A stretch of 64,000 bases of DNA from an uncultured Ignavibacteria bacterium (GCA_963724215.1 CAVRTZ010000017.1:22095-86094); one strand, 5' to 3'. Counted from the first letter of the stretch, positions 22,524-33,776 are shown. A program made the numbers and translations. Notes: generated by a model from the sequence alone, not told the origin.

Positions 22524-23231
22524 TCATCTGCCCTGTCTGCTCGACCCGCAATCATCATCTCACCGTTGTCTGCGTGTCGTGCGGCGGATTCATCCAGGGA
22601 AGGGTGGATAACCTCGACCTTTTTTCAACAATATGGAAGTTGATCGAACATCCGAGGGCCGCCTTCCTTTCCATCTCCCTCGCACGGTATAAGAATTATT
22701 CGACGATCGTGCCCGCGTTGGCGGGGATCGGCATTGTCTTCGCGTTTTTCTGGTTTATCAAGGCGGGCGATCAGACAACGTCGACGTTCACGATGCTCGC
22801 CGGGGGCATCGCCGCGGGACCCCTGATCGGCGTCCTGCTGGTCCTCCTGACGGCCACCATCGTGAGGATGATACTCCGGATCTCCCGGGATACCCGTCCG
22901 GTTCAGGAACCTGTATGCCGTCCTCTCATACTCGCTCGTGCCCGTCATGTTGTCGGTCGTGTTCATCCTCCCGCTGGAAGTCTTCACATTCGGGAGGTAT
23001 TTCTTCTCCCTCAATCCTCCGCCCTGGTTGATCAAGCCGGTCTCATACTTCCTGTTCGTGTCGCTCGGGTATCTCGTGGCGGGCTGGACGATCGTCCTCG
23101 CCGCAATCGGGATGCGGGTGTTGCTGGATTGCCGATGGATTGTTTCCGCCGGTTTCGTTTTCGGCATGGGGTTGTGTCTGCTGGCGGCCGCCTGGATCGC
23201 CCGTTCATACCTGGCCGCTCCACCGGTCTGA
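22520..23231 (+). CDS. Zinc-ribbon plus Yip1-like multi-pass membrane protein (frameshift about 22890)
   Basis: N-terminal CPVC...CVSC; then WKLIEHPRAAF and about five hydrophobic helices continuing in ORF 22938..23231. Confidence 0.65.
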
Positions 23232-23249
23232 AATATTATCCCAATAAAT

Positions 23250-23278
23250 CTGTCAATTTTCGATTATTTTAGTATATT
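23250..23278 (+). promoter_or_regulatory. Putative promoter for the hemerythrin/receiver module
   Basis: CTGTCA-N17-TATATT, followed by an AAGGA RBS before ATG 23304. Confidence 0.5.
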
Positions 23279-23303
23279 GGCAGTAATCAAAAAGGAATAA
23301 TGC

Positions 23304-23600
23304 ATGAGCAGGGTTATTTTCACGATATCCTATGAAATTCTTCCTGATAAAAGGGGCGAATATCTGCCGCTTTCGCAGAAGATGAAGGAGTACATTCTCC
23401 AGAAGGGAGGGGTTGCCGATTACTCGGTCTACGAGGATAAACGGAAACGCAACTCGTTTACGGAGGTTTTTTCGTTCAATTCCATGGACCAGTACAACGG
23501 CCTGGAAGATGAGGACGAATCGATGCAGAATTTCATGACGCTCCTCGAATCGATGCTCGTCGGCGGTAAGATGAAATACACCACTCTCGTCGAAGTCTGA
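23304..23600 (+). CDS. Small hypothetical protein, possible dimeric alpha/beta-barrel (ABM-like) fold
   Basis: 98 aa with good RBS; beta-alpha-beta-beta-alpha-beta pattern (ISYEILPDKRGEY...YSVYED...FTEVFSF). Fold is inferred. Confidence 0.6.
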   Translation: MSRVIFTISYEILPDKRGEYLPLSQKMKEYILQKGGVADYSVYEDKRKRNSFTEVFSFNSMDQYNGLEDEDESMQNFMTLLESMLVGGKMKYTTLVEV

Positions 23601-23622
23601 ATTCCCCCGTACCGCCCTCCGT

Positions 23623-24102
23623 ATGCGCAATTCCGCGGATCCAATCGCACAGCTTCTCCAGGAACACAACGACGCACTGATCCAGCTCAAGAACCTCAAC
23701 CGGGCGGTACAGGCGTTCTCCCAGGATGGGTACAGCGCGAAGCAGTACCGGACCATCAGGGCGGCGCTGAAATTCATCGAGGAAGAGGTGAGCGTCCATA
23801 ACCTCAAGGAAGAGAAGGCCCTGTTCCCGGTGCTCGAGCGGTATGTGGAGGGACCCACGAGGATGATGAAGCAGGACCACCGGCGGCTGAAGAAGGGGTT
23901 TCACCGGCTGAGCGAGGTGATCCACGACGTCGACCGTAACCGGGACAGCTTTTCGGCGATCCGAAGGCTCAGGGAAGTGGCGAGCGAGGTCGTACAGTCG
24001 TTCGTCAACCACATCCACAAGGAAAATTATATTCTGTTCCCGCTCGTCCAGCGATTCCTGACCAGGGAGGAGTTGAGGGAAATCGCACGTAAAATGATAT
24101 GA
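23623..24102 (+). CDS. Hemerythrin-like (HHE) domain protein
   Basis: LLQEH, HNLKEEKALFP, MKQDH, HIHKENYILFP give the H / HxxxE / H / HxxxE di-iron pattern. Confidence 0.9.
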   Translation: MRNSADPIAQLLQEHNDALIQLKNLNRAVQAFSQDGYSAKQYRTIRAALKFIEEEVSVHNLKEEKALFPVLERYVEGPTRMMKQDHRRLKKGFHRLSEVIHDVDRNRDSFSAIRRLREVASEVVQSFVNHIHKENYILFPLVQRFLTREELREIARKMI

Positions 24103-24109
24103 GCCATCC

Positions 24110-24502
24110 ATGAACCCTCACAACGCGGAAGCCGGCCCCACACGGTTGCTCATCGTCGAAGACGAACCGCAGCAGCGGGAAACCCTCGCGATGCTCTTCG
24201 AAGGGGAAGGGTACAGCGTCAGGGCGACCGATTCGGCTGAGACGGCGATTGAAATTCTGCGGAACACCCCTCCGCACCTCGTCGTCACGGATGTCAAACT
24301 CGTGGGGATCGACGGGATCACATTCTTCGAGTCGGTGCGGGGGAGCGAAGCCGGAAAAAACATCCCGTTCATCTTCATGACAGCGTATAACGATGTGGCC
24401 GCCATCGAACGTGTAAAAAAAATGGGCTTCGTGGATTACATCACGAAGCCCTTCAATCTCGAAGAACTGGTCACCCTGGTCAGGCTCAAGAGCCGTCCCT
24501 GA
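24110..24502 (+). CDS. Stand-alone response regulator receiver domain
   Basis: LIVEDE, TDVKLVGIDG, FMTAY, YITKPF; no output domain. Confidence 0.92.
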   Translation: MNPHNAEAGPTRLLIVEDEPQQRETLAMLFEGEGYSVRATDSAETAIEILRNTPPHLVVTDVKLVGIDGITFFESVRGSEAGKNIPFIFMTAYNDVAAIERVKKMGFVDYITKPFNLEELVTLVRLKSRP

Positions 24503-24534
24503 TCATCCCGCCGTTCTGTCGATGGCCATCCTGC

Positions 24535-26335
24535 CTACCTGCCGGTCAGTGTCACCGAAAACGTCAGCACTTTGTCGCCCCGTTTTACCTCGACGTTCAC
24601 CACATCACCCGGCGAGTGTTCCTGCAGGATGTATGTGTAATCGTAAATATTGGAAACCGTTTTCTCGCCGAATTTCACGATCACATCTCCCGCCAGAAGA
24701 CCACCCTTTTCGGCGGGGCCTTCCGGCCTTACGCCGGAGATCTTCATTCCGCCGCCCTCGTCCGCGTAATCCGGCACCACGCCCATCGTCACCCGCATCG
24801 GCCTCCGGTCACCCTGGGGGGCCTGTGACGCCACTTTCACGAATACGGGGGCCTGCGTGGTCCTGTCGAGCTCGCGAACAATCCTGAGGATGTAGCTCAC
24901 CAGTTGCGCCTCGCCCTCATAGTTGATCTTCTCCCAGGTGTCGGACGGTTTGTGGTAATCATTGTGCATGTTCGTGAAAAAGAAAAGCACGGGCATGTCC
25001 TTGCCGTAGAATGCAGCGTGGTCGCTGGGCCCGTATCCGTCCGGTTTGAGCGTTAAATCGAAGAGGGAATCCCGGTTCAGCGTGTTCAGCAGGGAATCGA
25101 ACCCCGGAGAGGTCCCGATACCCTCGACGACAACCTTTTTATCCCTGAGGCGGCCGATCATGTCCATGTTGACCATGGTCCGCATGGATGTCAGCGGGAT
25201 CGTGGGATGGTTGACGAAATAGTTCGATCCGAGGAGTCCCATCTCTTCGCCGGAAAATCCCGCTGATGAGGATGCTGCGCCGCAGGGAATCCCTCGTCCA
25301 GGAAAGGTACTCGGCGGCCTCGAGCAGTCCCGCGGTCCCGGAAGCATTGTCATCGGCGCCGTGGTGGATCGCCACCGTGTCGGGAGTCAGCGAACCCTGT
25401 CCGCCCATCCCGAGATGATCGAAGTGGGCGCCGATAACGATATATTCGTCTTTGAGTACCGGGTCGGAACCAGGTATAAATCCAACGACATTGGAGGATT
25501 CATTCATGATCTTCTCGATGCTCGTCTCCATTTTTACCGTCGCATTCACCTGGAACGAGGCCGGTTGCTGCGATCCGTTGATCCCCTCCTGAATCGACTT
25601 TAATGACTTACCGTCAGCCTGGAGGAGCGAATCGACGGCTGCCCACGTAATCGTGGCCACCGCCAGTCCCGAGGAACTGAGCCCCTGGTCGAACGTAAAA
25701 GCCACGAGCTCGGGCTTTTCCGCATCGAGCGGACCGGTGACGAAGATGAGTCCGGCGGCGCCATGTTCACGGGCGTTAAAGGTCTTCGCACTGAGACTGG
25801 AATGCTGGATGAAGGGGGAGTGGGGATCATCACCTTTAGGCGTAAAGCGTAACACCAGTGCAATCTTGCCCTTTACGTCGATCCCTGCATAGTCGTCATA
25901 CTTCTGCGAGGTATCGGTGATGCCATACCCGGCGAACACCATCCCCGCGGACACGGAGGTATCGCTGGAGAAGGCGAGCGTCCTGAAACTCTGGTCGAGG
26001 ATGAACGCTTTAGAGGTCCCGCCGGACTCGATGGTCAGCGAGTTCTTCGCACCGGGCTTCGCGCCCGAAACGAAGGGGAATTTCTGTAAATACGTGCCAT
26101 GATCCCCGGCCGGCATCAGGCCGTACTCTTTAAAACGATCGGCCAGGTAGGCCGCCGCCGCCACATTTCCGGGGGTGCCGGTCTTCCGCCCCTGGAGGGA
26201 GTCGGATGTGAGGTACCGGACGTGTTCCTTCAACTCGTCCGGAGTGACCGATGGGTTTTCAATTTTGTAGGTCGATCCGCCGCAGCCAAACATCAGCGTG
26301 GCTGCGAACGCCAGCGTGAAATATATTCGGTTCAT
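24535..26335 (-). CDS. M28 family aminopeptidase lipoprotein with PA and PDZ domains (frameshift about 25260)
   Basis: Lipobox LMFGC; LQGRKTGT; PA domain; GAHFDHLG, GADDNASG, FSGEEMGLLGS, NMDMIG, PSDH, YHKPSD; C-terminal PDZ. Confidence 0.92.
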
Positions 26336-26419
26336 GATCTGTCGATATTTAAGTTGAGATGATGGGCTTGAAACATTCTAAAATAAAAGGGGTTGCATCC
26401 TATCTATTCATTAGGAAAA

Positions 26420-27462
26420 TCAGGGTATCCAATCGGTGATGAAGACGTTCGTCTCACCACGGGTCTTCGCGTTCCGGTTGGATGAAAAAATCAGTTTACT
26501 TCCGTCGGCCGTGAAGACAGGGAAGCCATCGAACGAATCGTTGAAAGTGATCTGTTCGAGGCCTGTTCCATCGGTGTTGATCGAAAAGATGTCGAAATCC
26601 CGCCCCTTGGGGTCTTTCATATTCGAAGCGAAGACGATTTTCTTGCCGTCGGATAGAAATATGGCGCGAAACTGGCCGAATTGAAGTTGGTTATCTGCTT
26701 TTTATCAGTTCCGTCGGCATTCATCACGAAGAGTTCCATGATCGAAGGACGTACCAGCCCGTTCCGCAGGAGTTGGAGGAAATCGGCCTGGCCGGCCGAA
26801 TCAGCCGGATGATGGGCGCGAACACGATCTTTTTTCCGTCCGCGGAGAAAAACGCCCCGCCATCGTATCCAACGTCGTGGGTGAGCCTGACGACATCTGA
26901 TCCGTCTGTTTTCATCGAGTAGAGCTCAAGGTCGCCGTCACGGCTCGAGGTGAAGACGATCCTGTCGCCGATGGGCGATACCGTCGCCTCGGCATCGTAT
27001 CCGGCGAAGCGTTCAGTACCCTGGGTTGACCTCCGCGGATTCCGTTGACATAAATATCATAACTGGGATAGATTGCCCAGACATAACCCTTCGAATAGTC
27101 GGGTTTTTGGGGACATTCAGGGGCATGGCCGTGAGTGGACGAGTATATGAATGTGCTGTCGCCCGGGAGAAAGTATGAGCATGTCGTTCTCCCCAGGCCG
27201 GTGCTCCGGAGCGTAATGTTTCCGCCGCCCGAGATCCATGCTAAAAATCTGATCGCACGGGAAAGAATCCCTCGTGGATTGAAATATCAGCTGATTACCC
27301 CCGAATGAGAGGTATGCTTCGGCGTTCTCTCCGCCGGAAGGTAAGTTGTGTAATTTTACCGAAATGCGTTTCGCCCGTTTTCCGGAGCGTGTCTTCCTGG
27401 GGCCGGGCGGTTGCAGTGAGAAAGAGTGTGAGAACAACGGAGGTAACAGTGATTATTTTCAT
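26420..27462 (-). CDS. Exported PD40/TolB-like beta-propeller protein (several frameshifts)
   Basis: Signal peptide MKIITVTSVVLTLFL; GENAEAYLSF, YDGGAFFSADGKKIVF, FDGFPVFTADGSKLIFSSNR repeats in successive ORF fragments. Confidence 0.85.
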
Positions 27463-27479
27463 TGATATAGATCATTATG

Positions 27480-28041
27480 TTAATCTTCGTTCGATTTGAT
27501 TTCATTGATCGCGTCCCGGAGCTTCTCAAACGATGTGGAGTCGCGCGTCGAGTATTCCATGTTGATGTATCCTATTTTCCCCAACTTGTCGACGACATAG
27601 ACGGTTCGCTTGTTGTACCCGGAGGATTCGTTATAACTGTGGTAGACCGGGGCGACCCGGTGCCTGCTGTCCGAGAGGAGCGGAAACGGCAGGCTGTGGT
27701 ATTTTGCCCACTCGTAGTGCGAATAGGGGTAATCTCCGCTGATCGCGAGAATTTCGGCTCCCAGTTCGGCGAGCGCGGAAAAATTATCCCTGAAATTGCA
27801 GACTTCTTTCGTGCAACCGCCGCTCCAATCGGCGGGGTAGAAGGCGAGAACGACGATTTTTTGCCCAAAATATGCTGAGAGGGTGATATCCCCATAACCG
27901 AGGGAGTCTTTCGTCGCGAAGGGCAGCGAAAAATCCGGGGCATCGGATCCCGACCGGAAGTGGCGGATAGACAGTCCCCTGGGCGGGAGAGATGACCGGC
28001 AGGAGGCCGGCGACAAGCACTGAGAACAGATATAATCGCAT
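27480..28041 (-). CDS. Exported peroxiredoxin (AhpC/TSA, BCP-like; frameshift near N-terminus)
   Basis: APDFSL, FYPADWSGGCTKEVC, FPLLSD, KRTVYVVD; the signal-like MRLYLFSVLVAGLL is in a neighbouring frame. Confidence 0.85.
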
Positions 28042-28247
28042 CGAATACCTCGGCACGGTTGGACGACAATATACGAACTTACCGTGGGAAATAAAAAAGG
28101 AAGGGGGGTGGTGGTGGGAGGGGATCCGTGCCCTTCAGCTCCCGGGAGTCTGGATCTCCCGGGAGTCGAAAGCGAGAGGTTTTACGATGGAATGGTCAGT
28201 TTTTCAGCCATGTTCTCCGCGATCGTGGCCAGATCACAGGGACCGGT

Positions 28248-29531
28248 TCACGGGTCGAATTGTTCCTCCTCGGTCGATCCCGGGAGCGCCGGGAGGGAGG
28301 GTGCGGCATCCGCCCGCGACGACCTTCGCAACTTCATCGAAGTACCCGGTTCCCACAAATTCCTGGTGTTTCACGGCCTTGTACCCGTCGGCCTCGCTCC
28401 TGAATTCCCTTTCCTGGAAATCGGCGTAGGCGGTCATCCCGAATTCCCGATAGGCCTTTGGAGAGGAGGAACATCGAGTAGTTCAGCGCATGGAAGCCCG
28501 CGAGGTTGACGAATTGAAATCGGTACCCCATGGCCCCGAGTTCCCGCTGAAAGCGGGCGATGGTCGTGGAGTCGAGCTTGCGCTTCCAGTTGAACGAGGG
28601 GGAGCAGTTGTAGGCCAGGAGTTTATCCGGGATACTCGGCCCTGATCGCCTCTGCGAAGCGTCTGGCTTCAGGGAGGTCCGGCTCGGATGTTTCGCACCA
28701 GAGCAGGTCCGCGTACGGCGCGTAGGAGAGACCCCTCCGGATCGCGGTTTCGAGGCCTCCCCGTAACCTGAAAAAGCCGTCCGTCGTCCGTTCCCCTGAA
28801 ATATATTCCCTGTCCCGGGGGTCGCAGTCAGAGGCTATCAGTTTCGCGTTCCGCGCATCCGTGCGGGCGATGAGGATGGTGGGCACGCCCATGACGTCTG
28901 CGGCGAGACGGGCGGCGGAGAGTTTCCGGATGAAGTCGTTCGTCGACACCAGGACCTTGCCGCCCATATGGCCGCATTTCTTCGCGGCCGCGAGCTGGTC
29001 TTCGAAGTGAACCCCGGCCGCTCCGGCCTCGATCATCGCCTTCATCAATTCGAACGCGTTCAGGACCCCTCCAAAACCGGCCTCTGCGTCCGCGATGATC
29101 GGGGCGAACCACTCGATACCGTTCAAGCCCTTGGCGTGGTGGATCTGGTCGGCCCGCCGGAGGGCGGCATTGATCGACCGCACGACCGACGGCACGCTGT
29201 CGCACGGATAGAGGCTCTGATCGGGGTACATCTGCTCCGCCCCGTTGGCGTCGGCGGCGACCTGCCATCCGCTCAGGTAGATCGCCCTGAGTCCGGCCCG
29301 GACCTGCTGAATCGCCTGGTTACCGGTCAATGCGCCGAGCGCCTGGAGGTACCCGTCCTCGTGCAGGAGATGCCACAGCCGTCGGGCGCCGACCGTCGCC
29401 AGCGTATGTTCGATCTGAAGAGAACCGCGCAGCCGGACCACGTCTTCGGGGGTGTAATCCCTCCGGACGTCCGACCATCGCGGGTTTTCGAGCCAGTCTT
29501 TCCGGACGGAGAACGCGTTGATCTGATGCAT
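28248..29531 (-). CDS. aceA: Isocitrate lyase (frameshifts in the 3' part)
   Basis: [62 protein letters not shown]-terminal [10 protein letters not shown]-stop. Confidence 0.96.
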
Positions 29532-29552
29532 GCGATGGTCCTTTCGCGGTCG

Positions 29553-31159
29553 TCAGAGGTACTGGTACGCCTTCAGCGTGAGGAAGGGCGTGAATTCCGA
29601 TTCGTGGACGAGGTTGAAGAACAGCCGGGATGCGAGATCGAACTGGCCCCGGCGGTAGCGTTCCGGCCCGACGGTTGCGTAGATGTTTTCCATTTCGTCG
29701 GAGAAGTATTTCCTGAAGTTGTCGGTCGTCAGCAGGGCGCCGTCGTCCATCCTGGCGGAATGGTGCAGCCACTGCCAGACCTGGGACCTGGCGATCTCGG
29801 CCGTGGCGGTGTCTTCCATCAGGTTGTAGAGCGGCACCGACCCCGTCCCGGAAAGCCAGGCCTCGAGGTACCGGACGCCGACGTCGATATTGGTCCTCAG
29901 GCCCGCGACCGTGATCTCGCCATCGGGCACGTTCAGGAGATCTTCCCGCGCGACGGCGGCGTCGAACCGCATCTCCGTGAGCTGGTGGGGGTATGCAGGA
30001 CCGAGCAGAACGCCTCGCGGGCGACCCGGACCAGACCGGGGTGCGCGACCCAGGTTCCGTCATGGCCCGGCCCGCACCTCGCGCATCTTGTCCTGCTCGA
30101 ACGTTCTCCATGGCCGCCTCGTTCGCGGCCGGGTCTTCGCTGACCGGAATGTTCGCGGCCATTCCGCCGATCGCGTGCGCCCCGCGCCGGTGACAGGTCT
30201 GGATCAGGAGGGTGACGTACGCGTTCAGGAACCCCGTGTCCATCGTGACAAGCCGACGATCGGGGAGAAGGAAGTTCGGGTATTTGCTGAACTTCTGGAT
30301 GAAGCTGAAGATGTAATTCCACCCGCCGCAGTTCAGCCCCACCGACCGGTCCCTCAGTTCATAGAGGATCTCGTCCATTTCGAACGCCGCAAGGATGGTT
30401 TCGATCAGGACGGTCGCGCGGATCGAAGCGAGCGGGAAGCCCCAGGTATTCCTCGGCGAAGATGAACACGTCGTTCCAGAGCGCTGCTTCGAACCGGCTC
30501 TCGAGTTTTGGAAGGTAGAAATAGGGACCGGTCCCCCGTTCGAGGAGGGCGTGGGCATTATGGAACATGTAGAGCCCAAAATCGAAAAGCGACGCCGAAA
30601 CGGGATCACCGTCGACGCACAGATGTTTTTCAACGAGGTGCCAGCCGCGCGGGCGGACCATGAGGGTCGCGGGGGTCTGGCCGACGGCGTGCTTCCGGCC
30701 CTCCGGCGAGATGTGGCGTAACTCGCCTCGCACGGCGTCACGCAGGTTTCGCTGTCCCTCGATCGTCGCCATCCACGTGGGGGACTGGGCATCCTCGAAA
30801 TCCGCCATGAACACGTTCGCCCCGGAATTCAGGGCGTCGATCACCGTCTTCGCGTCACCGGCGGGCCCCGTTATTTCCACCCTGCGGTCGATCAGGTCCA
30901 CCGGTGCACTCCTGACCCTCCAGACACCCTCCCTGACGCTTCTCGTCGATTCATGGAAATCGGGGAGAATTCCGTGGTCTATCTCGCGCTGCACCAGCGA
31001 TCGCCTTGCGAGGAGCTTTCGACGCCTGTCGCCGAAGGCGGTGTGGAGCCGGGTGAGGAATTCGATCGCCTCCGGGGTCAGGATCTCCCTGTCCCCCAGG
31101 GAGAGCGGGATGGAGAGCGTCACCCTCGAAAGGGCTTCGACCTGTCTGATGTCATTCAT
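29553..31159 (-). CDS. aceB: Malate synthase A (frameshifted)
   Basis: [81 protein letters not shown]. Confidence 0.96.
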
Positions 31160-31341
31160 GCCGCTACCGTGTAGGTGTCTGGATGGCCCGTGAGGGCGGG
31201 GGGTGAACGTACCGTACAAGATAGGAGACCCTGCACACGGTGATGTGATCTGTGACAAAAAGGGAGGGGTGAAACCGGGGATCCGGTTTCTAAAAGAGGT
31301 AAAACGGGTACGGAAAGGGAGACCTCCCCGGGGGAGGGACC

Positions 31342-31797
31342 TTACCTCCGCTTCGGTATCCGGGGTTCGTCGCGGACCGACCTCTGGTCCGACCGGGAAA
31401 TCGTTTCTTCACCAGGGTGTTTTCCCCGCTCCTGGGGCGGTTTGGAGAGGTACTGGACCCACTCTTTCAATTTTGCGGGGGAAACGCTCTTACTGAGGTA
31501 TTTGACGTTTTCGGACAGGTCGAGCGTGGCGAGCGTGGATGAATCGGCGTAGGCGGAGACGAAGATGAACGGGACGTCGGCGGCGCCGGGCACATCCTTC
31601 ATCGCCTTCTGCAGACCGATCCCGTTGAGGATCGGCATATAGATGTCCGAGATCACGATATCGTAACGATGTTCTCTTAATTTACCGAGCGCGTCCTCGC
31701 CGTTCTCGGCGGTGAAAACGGTCCAGCCCTGATTTCGTAAAAAATCACCCATGAGCATCAGGTAATGAGGCTCATCGTCCACCAGTAAAATATTCAT
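31342..31797 (-). CDS. Response regulator receiver protein with short C-terminal tail
   Basis: ILLVDDE, SDIYMPILNG, FVSAY, YLSK. Confidence 0.88.
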   Translation of the reverse strand: MNILLVDDEPHYLMLMGDFLRNQGWTVFTAENGEDALGKLREHRYDIVISDIYMPILNGIGLQKAMKDVPGAADVPFIFVSAYADSSTLATLDLSENVKYLSKSVSPAKLKEWVQYLSKPPQERGKHPGEETISRSDQRSVRDEPRIPKRR

Positions 31798-31846
31798 CGG
31801 TCCTGAAAGGATAATTGAACAGATCCGCGGCGAAATTTCTCACCTG

Positions 31847-31875
31847 AATATACCTTGCCCGAATATGAATATCAA
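31847..31875 (-). promoter_or_regulatory. Putative sigma70-type promoter for the receiver gene
   Basis: Minus strand TTGATA-N17-TATATT. Confidence 0.6.
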
Positions 31876-32013
31876 GTGCCCCGGGGGTTCTCTCCGGCGT
31901 GAAACCGGGTAAATCGAAGAAAATTGACGACGCTCACATCTTCTGAAAAAATATTTGATTATCTAGAATCCAAGACCACCAGTACCTCCCGGTCAACCCA
32001 GTCCACCGTCACC

Positions 32014-32391
32014 ATGAGCGAAAATCAGGCCATCATCTTCATCGTCTCCGTCATCGTCATCACACTCATGATCTGGGTGGGGTTGGGCGTGTTCATGGAC
32101 GCCCACCGCGCCGCCCAGAAGGACGATTTTCTCTCCGCCATGAACGATATCGGCGCTTCCGCCGTCGCGTTCCGGATGAAGCCGAAGGTACTCGGGGGCG
32201 GGGGCGGCGAATTCATCGGCTTCAACCTTCCGCAGAGCCTCGCATCGATCGACGCCGGCTCGATATTCGCCGTGATCGAGCCGAAGCGGATCCTGCTCGT
32301 CGGGCACTCGAGCCGGGGGTACGGGACCGTGTCGGCGGTGATCGACGATTCGGGGTCGGTGGGGAACATCAGCGTTGAAGGCGAATTTTAG
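32014..32391 (+). CDS. Small single-TM protein, possibly pilin-like
   Basis: MSENQAIIFIVSVIVITLMIWVGLGVF hydrophobic N-terminal helix continuing as an amphipathic helix, LGGGGG loop, then beta-rich C-terminus. Confidence 0.55.
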   Translation: MSENQAIIFIVSVIVITLMIWVGLGVFMDAHRAAQKDDFLSAMNDIGASAVAFRMKPKVLGGGGGEFIGFNLPQSLASIDAGSIFAVIEPKRILLVGHSSRGYGTVSAVIDDSGSVGNISVEGEF

Positions 32392-32446
32392 GCGGTTCCC
32401 CCCGGCTTGAATTTCCGGCCGCAGTTCGGTATCTTCTCTCCAACCC

Positions 32447-33169
32447 ATGGTCCACCTCAAGCCGATCTCGATTACGTGGTACGGCCACTCCGCGTTCCTC
32501 ATCCGCGACAGTGCTGGCGCTTCCGTTCTCATCGACCCATGGCTCGAAAATCCCAAATCACCGCTCAGGCCGCGGGATGTGCCGAGGCCGGACCTCATCC
32601 TCGTGACGCACGGACACAGCGACCACATCGGCAACACGGTCGAAATCGCCCGACGGTTTGATGTCCCGGTGGTATCGATCCACGAAGTCAGTCTCTACCT
32701 CGGCGCCCGGGGTGTCGGAAAGGCGACGGGGATGAACAAGGGGGGATCCCTCGAGGTCGGAAACATCGGCGTCACGATGACACACGCGGTCCACAGTTCG
32801 GACATCGATGTCGGCGGCGGGGGAAAGCTCCAGCCCGGCGGCGCCGCCGCGGGGTTTGTCATTACATTCCCGGGTCACCCGAGCGTCTACCACGCCGGCG
32901 ATACCGACGTCTTCGGCGACATGCGCCTGATCCGCGAACTCCACAGGCCGGACATCGCGATCCTGCCCATCGGCGGGTTGTACACCATGGGCCCGCGGGA
33001 AGCCGCGTTCGCCGTCGGTCTCCTCGAACCCCGATGGGTCGTCGGGATGCACTACGGGACATTCCCGCCGCTGCGGGGAACCCCCGGTGAACTGGTGAAA
33101 CACCTGCCCGCCGCCAGGCAGGGGATCGTCGCCGAGCTTGGAACCGGGACGCCCAGGAACTTCGAGTGA
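32447..33169 (+). CDS. Metal-dependent hydrolase, metallo-beta-lactamase fold (UPF0173-like)
   Basis: TWYGHSAF, IDPW, THGHSDH, HAVHSS, YHAGDT, LPIGG, MHYGTFP. Confidence 0.92.
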   Translation: MVHLKPISITWYGHSAFLIRDSAGASVLIDPWLENPKSPLRPRDVPRPDLILVTHGHSDHIGNTVEIARRFDVPVVSIHEVSLYLGARGVGKATGMNKGGSLEVGNIGVTMTHAVHSSDIDVGGGGKLQPGGAAAGFVITFPGHPSVYHAGDTDVFGDMRLIRELHRPDIAILPIGGLYTMGPREAAFAVGLLEPRWVVGMHYGTFPPLRGTPGELVKHLPAARQGIVAELGTGTPRNFE

Positions 33170-33229
33170 CGGCAACCGTCCGCCCCGCATCCGTTTTTCG
33201 CCTGCCATTTCACCCCTGAGCGTCCCGCC

Positions 33230-33769
33230 GTGGTCTTCCCCGAAAAATTAAACGCGCTGCTCCTCGTGATCGGCATGATCCTGGTGATCCTCGGAAGGCG
33301 GGTCTATCTCATTTCGATCGGCATCCTCGGGTTCCTCGGGGGATTGTACCTGTTTACGATCCTCCTGGGGAGGACCCACGACTGGCGGTCCCTGCTGCTC
33401 GCGCTCCTTTTCGGGACGGTCGGATCACTCCTCGCATTCGCGCTGCACAAGGCGGCATGGATTTTCGGGGGGTTCTGCGGCGGGGGAGTACTCCTGCTCT
33501 ACTTCAACGACGCGACGGGAATTTCGCCGGTCGGTTCTCCCATCATGCTCTTTCTCACCGGAGGGGCGGCGGGCGCCATCCTCTTTCTGCTCCTCCTCGA
33601 CTGGGCCCTGATCGTCGTGACCACGCTGACCGGGTCCGTGCTCATCGCCTACCAGAGCGGGCTCGGAGGGCCTCCCGGCCTGGCCCTCTTCGCCGCATTG
33701 GTGATCCTCGGGCTGCTCGTCCAGGGAAACGCCCTTCGCGGAGACCGGCGTGAGAAGCGCAAGGCCTAG
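33230..33769 (+). CDS. Multi-pass membrane protein (DUF4203-like)
   Basis: Gly-rich hydrophobic helices, GRRVY...GFLGG, IVVTTLTGS, C-terminal GLLVQ. Confidence 0.7.
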   Translation: MVFPEKLNALLLVIGMILVILGRRVYLISIGILGFLGGLYLFTILLGRTHDWRSLLLALLFGTVGSLLAFALHKAAWIFGGFCGGGVLLLYFNDATGISPVGSPIMLFLTGGAAGAILFLLLLDWALIVVTTLTGSVLIAYQSGLGGPPGLALFAALVILGLLVQGNALRGDRREKRKA

Positions 33770-33776
33770 GGGTCGT

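Noticed and set aside
27480-28041. Selenocysteine peroxiredoxin
   Set aside because: The peroxidatic codon is Cys, with no in-frame TGA.
28139-28167. Twice-repeated palindrome CTCCCGGGAG(TC) downstream of aceA as a REP/CRISPR-like repeat
   Set aside because: Only two copies a few nt apart; most simply a terminator-like hairpin.
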